A DNA stretch of 63,872 nt, filler included, from Piedraia hortae CBS 480.64 (taxonomy: Eukaryota), in the NCBI GenBank assembly GCA_010093745.1. It is 4 parts of 4 records of this genome, joined end to end, with 100 filler letters (N's around TTAATTAATTAA, not from the genome) between each part and the next. Parts side by side here need not be neighbours in the genome. Positions count along the whole stretch, not along the records: positions 1 to 25,141 come from MU006059.1; 3 more parts are not named here. One strand, written 5' to 3'. Position numbers and translations under genes: made by a program. The notes beneath the pieces were generated by a model. The model ran no database searches. It was not told the DNA's origin and saw nothing but the letters and a program-made list of their open reading frames with translations. Positions 12,920-25,141 of the stretch are shown piece by piece (position 1 is the stretch's first letter; each line of letters begins with the position of its first letter).

Positions 12920-15193
12920 ATGCCACGCGTGCGCAACTCGGCCGTGGGCTTCTCGCCGACCAAGATGCCGCTGAATGACGATGTCGCGGAAAAGGCCAAA
13001 CGGCTCGAGAAGCGCAAGATTCAACAGCAGAAACAGCTCAACGAGCTCAAGGCCGCCGCGACTCCCGCACGGAAGCGTCAGTCTCTTGCGCAGAATGGTT
13101 CACCCATGGACGATGTCACACCCGTCAAGCGTGTGCCCATCCTGGCCAACTTTGAGGAGTGGATGAAGATGGCGACTGATAACAAAATCAATGCGGCGAA
13201 TAGTTGGAACTTTGCTCTTATTGATTACTTTCATGATATGTCGTTGCTGAAGGAAGGGGATGGGGTTAATTTTCAAAAGGCATCGTGTACCCTGGATGGA
13301 TGTGTCAAGATTTATACTAGCAGAGTCGATTCCGTAGCGACTGAAACTACAAAGTTACTCTCCGGCTTGGCGGACAGTTCGTCTAAAAAGTCCAAGGGGA
13401 ATGAGGCGGCGGATGATGATGGGGACAACGACGCGGAGGAGGAAGAGGGGGGGAAGAAGAGCAGAAAGAAGAGAACAGCAAGGTCGGCAGAAGCGACCTT
13501 GGTGAATTCTTTTGATCAGCTTCGGGTGAAGAAGATGGAGCTTGAATTTGCCGTTGACCCGCTGTTCAAAAAGGCCGTGGCTGATTTCGACGAGGGCGGT
13601 GCAAAAGGTCTGCTGATGAACCATTTGTCCATTGATGCAACCGGCAGGATTGCGTTTGATAGCTCTGATGATCCCTCTGCTGATGACGAGGAAAAGGTCC
13701 CAGAGGAGGAAGAAAGTGAAGATGGTCCAGTGGATATGGCCGGGCTTGGCGCAAAGTTCTTCCCGGCTTTGGATCTTCTTGATTCGCAAGACATTTGTCC
13801 ATCGTTGAAGACGTTTGAACTGGGGTCCAGCGATGCTTCGCTAGATCTGCCGTTCCTGAAAGCACCGGAAAACTGGAGAGACGATCAGCCTGATCCAACG
13901 GTAGCTGGTGCTGATGACGACAACGATGCAGGTCCCATGTTTGGCGATGATATTGACGATGACGACGGCGGTGGTTGGGCGCCAGATGCTGGGTTTGGCG
14001 AGGGGGGCGAGGCCTGGGCTCGTGAAACAGCCCTCGTACCCGGCGTGAACCCAGAGAACATGGTGGTAGGAGAAGAGGACGGCGAGTTGGACGTCAACGC
14101 ACCCAGCTACGGAGTCACTCTCCAACGACGAGAAAACGACGAAAAGAACATCTTCCAATACTTTGATATGGCGCTGAACAACCAAAGCAGCAAAAACTGG
14201 GCTGGACCCGAGCACTGGAAAGTTGCGCGAATAAAAGAAGCCCAAAGGGCGGAACCGAAGAAGAGAAAAGAAAAAGAACCTTTTGAAATCGATTTCTTCT
14301 CGCCCATGTCCCAAGAACTCGCCAACCAGCTGTACACCATGGCCCCAAACAACAGCAACATCAGCCTCCCACGAAACCAATGGCAGAGCAAAAACCGCAA
14401 TCTCCTACCCGACGACAAACACTTCAACTCGCAGAATCTCCTCCGCCTCTTCCTCAAACCAAAAGCAATCATCGGCCCACGCAAAGTCGTCCCAGAGGGA
14501 GACGTCGATGAATCCTATTGGGCAGGACAGCAACCTGTTGCGCCGGCAGCAAACACTGACGACGACGACCACAACGACGTCCAAGGTGCTTACGACGCCA
14601 ACTTCTTCCAAGACGACCCGCTTCCCATGGCCGGGGTCGACGACGACGACGATGACGGCGTCTTTGCCGACGCACGAGACCATTTCTCGCCAGACGCGGA
14701 CATGGCTGACGCGGGAGGCGGAGCAGAGCCCACAGCCGTAGGCATCGACGCCATCGTGGCAGGAGATAACAACGCCGCTTTTGGCGCTCAACTGGTCATG
14801 CAGTCACGCAGGATAAGGCCTGAATATGTGCAATACGCACGTGTGGCCAAAAAGGTCGATGTCAGGAAACTGAAAGAGAATATTTGGGCGGGGATTGCGT
14901 TTGATAAGAGGTGAGGTTTTTTCCAGTTAGAGAGAGAGGATGGGGAGCTGACAGCGATTTGTAGTTCTGAAGCGGATGCCGAACCGCCGAGGAGGTTCAC
15001 GGATGTGATGCAGAATCTTACGAGTGTGTATCCGGCAAAGCAGATGGCGGATATCAGTACTTCGTACGGGTTTATCTGTTTGCTACATCTGGCGAATGAG
15101 AAGGGGCTGATCCTGGAGAATACACAGGGTTTGACGGATATTGTGATACGAAAGGATCCGGATGCATATGGGCATGTGGATGGGGCAGAGTAG
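12920..15193 (+). CDS. BRN1: Condensin kleisin subunit Brn1/Cnd2/CAP-H (intron 14911-14964)
   Basis: NFEEWMKMATDNKINAANSWNFALIDYF, NFQKASCTLDGCVKIYTSRVDSV, WAGPEHWK, YARVAKKVDVRKLK, and spliced FICLLHLANEKGL; ATG 12920 chosen over upstream GTG. Confidence 0.95.
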
Positions 15194-15474
15194 AGGGGCT
15201 GTGACGGGTGGTTGGATAATGTATTCATGACGAAACGGAGGTGTATGTACATCCATGCTGTTTAAACTTTTCACGAATGGGAAATATAGGTGCAGAGCTG
15301 TACTTGGAAGCCTAATGATGGTTGCAGACTTGGCGTGCACTGAATTTTGCAAGCCTTCTCACGGTATTCCACTGTCCTTCACGCTCACCGGAGTCTCACT
15401 TTACAATTTTCGGATTCTTCCAAACCTAGCATCCTCCACGGACACATCTTACCCAACGGCAAGTTCCAGCTAGT

Positions 15475-15475
<1 letters not shown>

Positions 15476-15506
<31 letters not shown>
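15476..15506. repeat. (CA)n microsatellite
   Basis: About 15 CA units upstream of PEX1. Confidence 0.95.
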
Positions 15507-15508
<2 letters not shown>

Positions 15509-15624
15509 CTCTTCCATATTCCAACGACTGACGTTAAAATCCCTCAAATCTAATTGGCCAACCTGGTTAACTCCTAACCTCGGCTCTCAAAACCACACCA
15601 AGCAAAGAACCCCGCAACACAACA

Positions 15625-18600
15625 ATGCCCTCGCGAAGCATCCCTACTCCCTCATCCACCCTCGCATCTATCAACCTCCTCCCAACCCTCAAGTCCTGCC
15701 TCGTCAACCTTCCCCCCTCCCTCGTCCATGCCCTCCATAACAGCAACACCCTCCCCCAGAACCTCATCGTGGAACTAACCTACCACCTCCCCAAAAAGAG
15801 TTCACCCCCCCACTCAATCTACGTAGGATGGACCGGCCATCCCTCCCACATCATGTCCCCCCCGACAATCGACCTCGACTCCACCCTCGCGAGGGTCCTC
15901 CAAATCCCCCCCTCAACCCAATGCGCCATAACCCTCCACATCTCCCCTGAGGAAGCAAACACCATAACCCTCGAGCCGCTTACAGCGTCAGACTGGGAAA
16001 TTATCGAGCTCAATGCGAGGTTTTTGGAGGAGAATTTTCTCGCGCAGGTGCGTGCGTTGCCTGTGCCGATGAAGGGGTTGGTAGGGCATCCGATTGTGTT
16101 GCATTTGAGTGAGACGGCGACTGCGAATGTCACTGTGACAGGGGTTACGCCGCAGTCTAAGGGACACTTCGTGAGGGTCGGGGCGGGAGCGGAGGTATAT
16201 GTTGCGCCGAAGACAAGAGAGGCGCCTGCGGCGGCGGTGGAGGGGGAGGTTAAGAAGACGAAGGGGACGGCTGGAAGGGGGCAGGTTTTTTTGAGACCTG
16301 TTGCTTGCTCGATTGAAGGGTGGCGGGAGGAGGAGGAGGAGGAGGAGGGGAGGGGATTGAGGGTTTGGATTCCCGAGGAGGTGGGCAGTGGGAGGGTGCT
16401 GCGTGGGGTTTCGCATGTGGCTGTTTCGGTTGTGAGACCTGTTGGGTTACTTGGGGAGCAACAAGATGGGGAGCCGAGGAAGGTTGTTGCGAGGTTGGGG
16501 ACGTGGAACGATGCGCCGGATGCGGGACATGCTATTTTGTCGGATTTGCTGTGTGAGATTCTTGGGGTGAGTGGGATTGTGGGTGGGGTGGTGGCCATCG
16601 AGGGTGCTCCGCAGCCGGTACAGAGTGCTAGGAAGTTGAAGTTGACCCCGTTTGGGAGTACGGCTGGGGTCAAGTTTGGGGGGGAGGATGCTTCACTAAG
16701 AGTGAAGGATATGTTGAGGGATGTTTTAAGAGGTCCGGTCACGGATTGTATGATACTGCCGAAAAGAGGGGATGTTTGGCCTGGTGGTTTTCTGGATTTC
16801 GATCCCTCGCCTGTGGGGGATGCGGCTAAGACGAGGGTTAATTGGATTATCAGTGGTGAGAAGCTGGATGTGGTCATTCAGGCGGAATCGGCACCGCCTA
16901 AAAAGCAGGCGATCCCCGGTGAGCCCATCCCGGACACGCCGCCGTCTCTGGTGGGTATCGAAGATACGGTGGAGCAGGTAAAGAAGTCTTTGCTATACAT
17001 GTCGTCTGTGCTTGTAACAGGCGGTGTTGGGTCGGGAAAGACTTCCCTCGCCTATCTCGTGGCTCATCAGTTGAAGACGGACTATCTCTTTCACGTTACC
17101 TACTTTTCATGTCGGAATATGGTGACTGAAGATATACGTGTCAAGACTGTGAAGGATACTCTACTGCAGATTTTTGGGCTCGCGCAATGGGGAGCACGCC
17201 TGGGTGGACAGGCGTTTGTTATTCTAGATGACCTAGACCGGCTATGTCCTGTGGAGCAGGAGTTGCAGATGGACGCCAACTCTCGCAGTAAACAGATCAG
17301 CGAGTTACTGTGCACCATTGTCCGTCGATTCTGCGGCCGGGACTCTGGAGTGACTCTTCTTGCCACAGCTCAGGATAAAGAGTCTCTCCATGATACTATT
17401 GTCGGATGTCATGTTATTCGGGATATTGTCACCCTCAAAGCACCGAATAAAGATGGGAGGAGAAAGGTCCTCGAGCAGCTCATTCGCTCAGACGACTCTT
17501 CTGAAGACGCAATACACGTCAGCGAGGACATCGACCTCCTCTCCATCGCCGGCCAGACTGATGGCTACATGCCGGGTGACCTCGTCCCTCTTGTGTCCCG
17601 TGCCCGCTGCGAAGCCTTGATCCGGTCAATAACTACATCCACCGACGACGAAAACGTCACTCTCACCAGCGCAGATTTCACATCCGCCCTCAAAGGCTTC
17701 ACACCCGCCTCCCTCCGCGGCATAACCCTTCACACCCCCTCATCAGACGTCAACTTCTCCTCGGTCGGCGGCCTCTTCACAACCCGCCAAACCCTCCTCG
17801 AAACACTCTCCTACCCAACCCTCTACGCCCCTCTATTCGCTCAATGTCCCCTCCGTCTCCGCAGCGGCCTCCTTCTATACGGCTACCCGGGCTGCGGCAA
17901 AACGCTCCTCGCTTCCGCCGTAGCAGGCGAAACAGGCCTAAACTTCATCTCCGTCAAAGGCCCCGAGATCCTGAACAAATACATCGGCGCGTCCGAGAAG
18001 TCCGTACGGGATCTCTTCCACCGCGCCGAAGCCGCCCGACCCTGCGTCCTCTTCTTTGACGAATTCGATTCCATAGCGCCCAAACGCGGCCATGACTCCA
18101 CCGGTGTAACCGACCGCGTTGTCAACATGCTCTTGACAATGATGGACGGCGCGGAGGGCCTCTCAGGCGTCTACGTCCTAGCCGCAACCTCCCGACCAGA
18201 TCTAATCGACCCCGCCCTCCTCCGCCCGGGACGCCTTGATAAATCCCTCCTCTGCGACCTCCCCGATCGCCAAGACAGGGAGAGTATCCTCTCCACCGTC
18301 GCGAAAAAGCTTACCCTCGAGGACGTCTCCCTCCGCGACCTCGCGGAACGAACCCAAGGTTTCACAGGCGCAGATCTGCAGGCGTTGCTGTATAATGCCC
18401 ACCTCGACGCCGTGCATGATTTACTCGATGTTTTTGCGCCGGAAGCGCAAAGTAGGGAGAGGGAAAAGGGGACTAGGGTTGCTCCGCTTGAGGTTTTTAC
18501 CCTCTCGGAGCCAGAGAAGAAGGAGAGCCGCGTCGCCGAGTATGATGCCCGTCTTGCTGAGATCTTGAAACGGAGGAGGAAGACTCCTACTGGACCCCCA

Positions 18601-18813
18601 GGGGGTGTTGAAAAGGCGAGGAGGGATGCTCCGCAAGTTGTGATTACAAAGAGACATTTGGAGAAGAGTTTGAGAGAGACAAAATCGTCGCTGAGTGAGG
18701 TTGAGTATAGACGTCTCAAGGCTGTGTATGAGGAGTTTTCAAAGGATAGGAATGGACAGTTGCCGGATGGACAGGGAGGGAGTGAGATTGGGGGGAGGGT
18801 TACTCTCATGTGA
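15625..18813 (+). CDS. PEX1: Peroxisomal AAA+ ATPase Pex1
   Basis: N-domain LEPLTASDWEIIEL; D1 GGVGSGKT; D2 LRLRSGLLLYGYPGCGKT, FFDEFDSIAPKRGHDSTGVTDRVVN, ATSRPDLIDPALLRPGRLDK. Confidence 0.97.
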   Translation: MPSRSIPTPSSTLASINLLPTLKSCLVNLPPSLVHALHNSNTLPQNLIVELTYHLPKKSSPPHSIYVGWTGHPSHIMSPPTIDLDSTLARVLQIPPSTQCAITLHISPEEANTITLEPLTASDWEIIELNARFLEENFLAQVRALPVPMKGLVGHPIVLHLSETATANVTVTGVTPQSKGHFVRVGAGAEVYVAPKTREAPAAAVEGEVKKTKGTAGRGQVFLRPVACSIEGWREEEEEEEGRGLRVWIPEEVGSGRVLRGVSHVAVSVVRPVGLLGEQQDGEPRKVVARLGTWNDAPDAGHAILSDLLCEILGVSGIVGGVVAIEGAPQPVQSARKLKLTPFGSTAGVKFGGEDASLRVKDMLRDVLRGPVTDCMILPKRGDVWPGGFLDFDPSPVGDAAKTRVNWIISGEKLDVVIQAESAPPKKQAIPGEPIPDTPPSLVGIEDTVEQVKKSLLYMSSVLVTGGVGSGKTSLAYLVAHQLKTDYLFHVTYFSCRNMVTEDIRVKTVKDTLLQIFGLAQWGARLGGQAFVILDDLDRLCPVEQELQMDANSRSKQISELLCTIVRRFCGRDSGVTLLATAQDKESLHDTIVGCHVIRDIVTLKAPNKDGRRKVLEQLIRSDDSSEDAIHVSEDIDLLSIAGQTDGYMPGDLVPLVSRARCEALIRSITTSTDDENVTLTSADFTSALKGFTPASLRGITLHTPSSDVNFSSVGGLFTTRQTLLETLSYPTLYAPLFAQCPLRLRSGLLLYGYPGCGKTLLASAVAGETGLNFISVKGPEILNKYIGASEKSVRDLFHRAEAARPCVLFFDEFDSIAPKRGHDSTGVTDRVVNMLLTMMDGAEGLSGVYVLAATSRPDLIDPALLRPGRLDKSLLCDLPDRQDRESILSTVAKKLTLEDVSLRDLAERTQGFTGADLQALLYNAHLDAVHDLLDVFAPEAQSREREKGTRVAPLEVFTLSEPEKKESRVAEYDARLAEILKRRRKTPTGPPGGVEKARRDAPQVVITKRHLEKSLRETKSSLSEVEYRRLKAVYEEFSKDRNGQLPDGQGGSEIGGRVTLM

Positions 18814-18976
18814 GTGCAATTTCTGAGGAGATGGGAAAGGAGAGGGGGTCTTGTATGTTGAAGTACCTTTTACTTGGCGCTTATCATTCACCTCTTAAAG
18901 TTACCTTCATGGATATAATCATGTATTCCTGAGATATAGCTACTTCAAAAATCCATCCACATAGAAACTTTCTCGA

Positions 18977-19744
18977 TTAATACCTCTCCCCCTCATGATA
19001 TCTATAATCCTCCCTCTCCTTTTCGAACCTCCGTCCACCCAACCCTCCGAGAATCGCACCCCCCAACGTTCCCAAACCCGGAAAAATCGCATCACCCAAC
19101 ACCGCACCGCCTCCGGCCCCAAGGAAAGTACCGACGCCACTGTTCTTTCCCTTCTGGTTATGATGATGATGGCTGTCGCGACTCCCATCGCGGCTCCAAT
19201 CGCGACTCCTGCTCCTGCTCCTGCTCCTGCTCCTATTCCTATCCCTATGCCTACTCCGACTCCGACTCCGGCTCTGACTCCGACTATACCTCGCCCTCCC
19301 CCTCCTATCATATTCCCCCCTCCCCTTTCTGCCATCCTCATAACAAGTCGGCGTACACGACGAAGTGCGATATTTCTCCTCGTCGGCAAAACGCGCATGT
19401 TTCTCCGGACGGTGGCGGCTATCCCGTCTGCTATACCGGTCTTGATGGCCTGGTGAGGAGTGTGGGCGGGGAGTACTCTGCCCGTACGGAGTGCCACCTA
19501 GGGGGTAGGGAGGGTTACCGCCGAGAGGGGCGAGGTGGGTTGTCTGCTGCTGCGGCGGCGGAGCAAACTGCTGCTGGTAGCCCTGCTGCGGAGCAATCTG
19601 CTGCGGCGGGTAGCCCTGGACGTACCCCCCAGCATAGCCCTGCTGCTGCGGAGGGGTGTACGCCTGATACCCGCCCTGCTGAGGAGGATAGGCCTGCTGC
19701 GCATTGTAGCCTTGTTGCTGGTTATAGTATTCTGCTGCTGCCAT
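18977..19744 (-). CDS. Low-complexity Q/P/Y-rich, RS-repeat protein with C-terminal glycine zipper
   Basis: MAAAEYYNQQQ start, RSRSRS tract, GTFLGAGGGAVLGDAIFPGLGTLGGAILGGLGG. Confidence 0.75.
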   Translation of the reverse strand: MAAAEYYNQQQGYNAQQAYPPQQGGYQAYTPPQQQGYAGGYVQGYPPQQIAPQQGYQQQFAPPPQQQTTHLAPLGGNPPYPLGGTPYGQSTPRPHSSPGHQDRYSRRDSRHRPEKHARFADEEKYRTSSCTPTCYEDGRKGRGEYDRRGRARYSRSQSRSRSRSRHRDRNRSRSRSRSRSRDWSRDGSRDSHHHHNQKGKNSGVGTFLGAGGGAVLGDAIFPGLGTLGGAILGGLGGRRFEKEREDYRYHEGERY

Positions 19745-20559
19745 TGTGGTGGATTGAGGGAGGATAGAGGAGCTTTATGCTGCTCGGGAAAGACATTGCC
19801 ACGGCCGGATGACATCTTGCCGAGCTGACGTCGTCGTGCAGATGATGCGGTCCAGTGACTGATGATGTCATGGCGGGTGATGTCGGAATTACTCCGGCGG
19901 CGGGAATTTTCACGGGTTTCCATGGTGGGATCTGCGCCGCATAATTTCAGTTGGGGGAGTTGATGAGTGGGACAGACGGAGAGAAGACTTGATCAAATGA
20001 GCTTGTATGGGACGGAAAAGTCTTGATTTTGGGGTTGCTTACGACCCGGAATGGATTTTAGTCGCCTATCTCGGTTACGCTTTGCTGAATATGGGAGATG
20101 GATCCCACGCAATAAAGCCATGAGAGCGGTTTGAAGGAGATTGGTAGGCTCCGTTCGTCCGCTATGGCGTAAATACAATTGCGGATGGGACTTATAACAA
20201 TTGTGCCCAAGACAGAGCCTTTGTGAGAAACAAAAAATCCATCTTCCCACCGCGGTTTCAGAGGGCAGATGGTCTGACATGACTGTAAAAGTCAACTAAT
20301 CATTAGCCCAGCGTTATAAGCACGGAAGATGGCACTGAAGTTGACACACTGCCAGCACAACGGCTACTTGGACATCCGCTTGAGTGATGCCGTCCAAGAC
20401 TTTGTGTTGTCCAAGGGCAGCATGCTCACTTCTGCGCAGGTTCTTAAGGCCGTGTAGCGGAGAAGGTGGAAGGGTGGGGGAGAGCGGGGTGGCAGATGAT
20501 CAAATATCTCTGGATGCTAAATAATGCCGTAGAGTAGAGGAAGAACGCAGACCCATTTC

Positions 20560-21340
20560 CATGCTCCCGGGCTATCTCTCTGACGCTGGATGCATGGCCC
20601 GTCCAAAGCGGACTTCGATGATGGGAATCACGGCTCACTGGATCAAAATCTCGTCGACGATGTCCTTGCCGTGCAAGATATCAAGGGTCCACACAGTGGT
20701 GACGCCCGGAGGTCTACTTGGACAAATTTAAGATTATGTCAAAGTCCAAACTGTTACCACAGACAATGCCCCTAGCAATGGCACTTTGGCGGAGGAGCTG
20801 TTCCCCACCCTGCCAATGTTTGACGAGCACCGACACATCCCCTGCTTGGGGCACGTTTTCAATCTGGCCGTGCAGGCCGGATTGAAGGCGCTTGACGTCA
20901 AAGAGGCGCTAGGTAAATATGATGCCCTACAGCTGGCAGGTGATGTGCTGGCAGAGGTGCAAGGTGGAGGGGATCAGATGAGGGCCGAAGGAAGGGCACA
21001 TGAAAAATGCCAAGATGGAAACCGTTGAAACTTGCCGACAGTGAACTAACCTGTGTCTCGCAAGATCAGCAGCATACACCTGATCTGCTGCTGTCCTGAC
21101 TCCGCCGCTTGGTCGCTCTCATGCGGAAGAGTATCCAGCAATGAGATAAGGTCCGTCATCAGTGCTCACACCACAGCCTGGACGGCAATATGGTGTCCCT
21201 GGACGTCAAGACCAGGTGTAATATCACCCTGACGAAGCCTTTCGGAAACTGGAGGTCCTCGAACCCTTGGTGCGCCAGTGCGACCTGAATGGGCGCAGCC
21301 TCTCGCTCGGTGAATGGGAGAAAGTCCGGGTCATCGCTGT
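20560..21340 (+). mobile_element. Degenerate hAT-family transposase
   Basis: Frameshifted fragments SLTLDAW, TVTTDNA, HIPCLGHVFNLAVQ (CxxH motif), LDVKTR in the expected order; no TIRs identified. Confidence 0.8.
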
Positions 21341-21578
21341 TGGAAGATAGTTGTTGCGTAGCATAATCGTTCTGAAGATTGAGGTTTTACAAAAAGATTA
21401 TGTTTTCTGATGTTCGACAGCGAGCTTATATACGAGTAGCTTCTTTGTTCAAACAGTTTCAAATATTACTCCATTACCCCGCTGTCCTCTTTATTATGCT
21501 CTTTTGAGTATTTTGCTATACAGGATTTTTGTTGCAATTAAGCATCGCCGCTAGTGCGTATGCGGGGCACTTGCATAG

Positions 21579-21879
21579 CAAGTCATCGATACCTCCTACA
21601 CTACCAGCTGCACCCTCGGTTTTTCTCTCACAGACGTTTTCCCTCAGGGTCATGTCATATTTGACATGGTGAATGTGCCCTGCTAGTGTATGACGTGACG
21701 TCACCGGCCCACCGGTACAGAACTTTTATTCTGAACGTCCCCTCATAGATATACATAGTCATTCACACTGTCATATCGACACTGGTATTGACGCATATAC
21801 ATCTACGTCTGTCCTGTCCCTGATTCCGTCTATCGCTTCGTCCTCTTCGGGCCGCTGCGCACTCTCACCCACGGGAGCC
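21579..21879 (+). repeat. Dispersed repeat A, copy 2
   Basis: Direct copy of 35-349. Confidence 0.9.
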
Positions 21880-23218
21880 CAAATCGCTACAAATTTTCTT
21901 TGTATAGTCTTTGCTATCAGGCCGAGGTATGGCACTGATACTTCTCAACAACAGTCGTCTCCGCCCTCAAACCGTGCAGAGATGCAACTCGCTGGGTCTC
22001 TGGTCAAATCATGCCACGGCCCCTGGACCTCTTCACCGCCCCGGTGCAGATCGTTGGCGGCCTAGCCATTATGTGAGCATGATCATCCCCAACATCGTGT
22101 TTCACTGCGATACATTCAACCACTTTGGGATGACTGGAGTATACATTGGAGTACCCAAAGCGTGGACGAAGCTCTTGTCCAGAAAACTCATCAGTGTACG
22201 ATAGCGCCCGATATTCGACGACCCTACAGTGGCCTCTGATGACATGTATTGGTGAACGAAACAGGGCCTTGTAGCCGCAGAGGTAGAGAAAGAGTTACGA
22301 CGGCGGACGAAAGTCTCCGGCCGGCCTTCAGGGCGATGAGGCAAACATTGGACCAGTACAGGGAGTTCTTCCGCACCAAGGATGTAGTTGAATCGATGCC
22401 CAAAGTTCACGCATGGCTCAGGCAAATCTATGATGCACATCTTTGCTGGCCCCAGCGATCAGCAATTAGTAACCCCACAGGGGGAGTCTATGAGTCAGAC
22501 CCGTTCTCCATGATCTTCGTGAAGGGGAGCTGCAACAATGTTTCTGTTGGGCGGCCGCTGCCTAAGTTAGGGTTGACGGTCTCCCGGTCAAGCGAAAAGG
22601 GTGAACCATGGGCAAGTGGCTTAAGTTGTAGCTAATCTGGAGAGTTTCCTAGGGGACAAGGATGTATTAGACTCAATTTACTCTATCATACGTCCTGTAT
22701 GGGTTCTTTTCCTCCCCTCTGACAAGTTTGACAAGTTCACCAAGCCGTGTCTACAAAATCCTGGAGAAAGACCCCTACTTTAGGTAAAAGGTGTGAGTCG
22801 CAAGGAATCAAATACAGAGCGGAGGTTTTGTGGTTTCACACTCTTGCCTCTATGAAAAGGTGCCAGGCGTAGCTTGCCCTGCTGTGTATCCCCTTCATCA
22901 TATGATATTTTTCTGCAAGTTCAATGTGGTTGGGTGCGTCGCCTCACTACTAGACTCCCACCGTGGACGAGAGCGTACAACTGATCCTGCTCCCCACAAA
23001 CCTGTGTTCGAACATACAGGGGACGACACAGAATACGGTTCTTCCAAATACAATTGTCCTCCATATTCCTTTCCAGTAAATTTCTGCGTCGAACGGTAGG
23101 TTCAGTTGCGGGATTATGGCAGGGTTATGCAGGTCTTTGTGTGGAGAGTAGCATGTGGGAGTGTTTGAGGATCCTGCTCGAAGGTTTTGCGGTACCCCGA
23201 GAAATTGGTAACATGTTC

Positions 23219-23363
23219 AGTGTTCTAATAAGCAGCGGCACCTCACGGGTGTGTCCTTATATACGCGTATCTAGAGCTACACAAGAAAATTTCCGAATAC
23301 TTGAACCCTGGTCAGGGATGTGGGTCATCACCTGCGGATCGCTCCGTGGCGACCTACACAACA
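23219..23363 (+). repeat. Dispersed repeat C, copy 2
   Basis: Inverted copy of 3097-3242. Confidence 0.9.
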
Positions 23364-23390
23364 TTCAGGGGTTTTGACACATCAAAATCA

Positions 23391-24834
23391 TGAGTTCCGT
23401 TACATTGCACCGATACATTCAAGAGTAGTATCATTCGATAGGCCATTCAAAGGGCTATCTACAGCATGTTGTTTTGTGTTTTAATGTAGTATACTGGTGA
23501 AGATAATTGATGTCAAAGTTGGACGAGTCCGTAGACCAATTTATCGGCGACATTTCCAAATCGCACCTCTGACCAAAGCAACGCGTCGGAAACCACGCAA
23601 AAAGCCTCTACACACGCGCAAGGCTTACACAACGTTCCTTAGAGTTGTGAGTTCCATGGATATTCGATTTGCGCTTTCCTGTTCACCATGCGCCCTCTCG
23701 GAGGATCTAGACGCGACGTGCTTGCGGGCATCAAAGCAGAGAAGTTGCCAAACACATTGGTTGTAGTAAGATGTTGATTCAGAAACTCCGCAAGGGCTTT
23801 GTTGGAAGGGGAGGCGAGGTCGAAACGCCAAGTGCCGGGAAGTCCAGAGAAGCTGGATAAGGTCACGAAGAGGCAATCGGCCAGGTTGATGCGCACGAAC
23901 AAGTGCAAATCGGCGCCAGAGGTTGCCTGTATGCTGAAGCGTGACCTAGGAATCAGCGTCGGCCCTGATACCGTCCGCAAAGCTTTCAAAGAGCAAGGAT
24001 TAAGGGCGGTCAAGAAGAAGAAGGCCCCAGCACTATCGAAGAAAGCAAAGGCTGATCGCCTTCGGTGGGCCACCGAGCACTTATTGGGAGAAGGTCCTGT
24101 TCTCCGACGAAACTAAAATCAACCGTGTTGGATCCGACGTTGTGCAATGGCCATGGATTTCCCACCACGAGACTGGGTTCGAGGAACATAATGTGAGGGG
24201 CACAGTCAAGCACGGCGGCGGGAATGTCTTGATTTGGGGATGCATGTTCGGGCAGGAGTAGGGATGTTCGATTTTGTCGGTGGGTGAATGGATGCGCCGC
24301 AGTACGTCAGTATACTGCGTAATGACCTTCGGGGTAGCATGCACTTCCTCCGATGTTACAAGTTCCAGCAGGATGGAGATAGCAAGCATACCTCGAAGCT
24401 TGCCCGGGACTGGTTTAGGGAAACAGGATCATTGTTCTGGACTGGCCTGTCTACTCCCCGGACCTTAATCCCGTTGAGCATCTGAGGGAGATTGTCAAGA
24501 GGAGGCTGGCTAGATATGAGACCGTTGCCGAGAGCCAGGAGGAGCTGACGGAGCGGATCGAGGTGGCATGGGCCTCCATTACGTCTGAGGAGTGTTATGC
24601 ACTCGTTGAGAATATGCCGAGGCGTTGTGCAGCTGTTGTCAAAGCCAAGGGAGGTCCGATCAAGTTTAGTAGCCCCGCCTGTATATTGGTCACCTGATCT
24701 GTTCAACTTGAACGTCAATTATCTTCACCAGTGTACCACATACCAACACAAAACAGCATGAGTTGAATAGCCCTTTGAACGGCCTATCGAATGATACTAC
24801 TCTTGAATGTATCGGTGCAATGTAACGGAACTCA
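23391..24834 (+). mobile_element. Tc1/mariner DNA transposon, full length with long TIRs and a frameshifted transposase
   Basis: TGAGTTCCGTTACATTGCACCGATACATTCAAGAGTAGTATCATTCGATAGGCC at 23391 is inverted at 24781-24834, with similarity continuing about 160 bp; fragments WEKVLFSDETKIN, VKHGGGNVLIWGCM, FQQDGDSKHTS, PDLNPVEH. Confidence 0.92.
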
Positions 24835-24840
24835 TATGTG

Positions 24841-25037
24841 AGAAGGATGTGGCACCTACCATATCAGAACTGTGGATAGAAGTCGAAACTTCTCGGGATT
24901 TCCACCTCTATAGAGGAAGTTTTCTCTGAGACGGGTCGTTGTCTCGTTCATGCTTGAGAGCATGGTTCGCTAACGTTGTCCTGGCGAATTCGGTTAGACT
25001 GAGGTAGTGTGGGGAAGGTTTCGAACCTCACCTCACA
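24841..25037 (+). repeat. Dispersed repeat B, copy 2
   Basis: Direct copy of 2789-2986. Confidence 0.9.
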
Positions 25038-25141
25038 TAGATATAGTATTATAATTGTGAGCAGATGTGTACCTGCATACAAATCTCTACGGAAAACTAG
25101 TTGACGCGTGAAGTCGAGAGCCGAGCGACGGTTACTAATAA

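Noticed and set aside
15819..16877. 352-aa antisense ORF within PEX1
   Set aside because: A consequence of the skewed codon use on the sense strand; no recognisable motif
21900..22640. Protein-like ORF fragments here and at about 1690-2770
   Set aside because: Short, interrupted, and no family recognised; not supportable as genes
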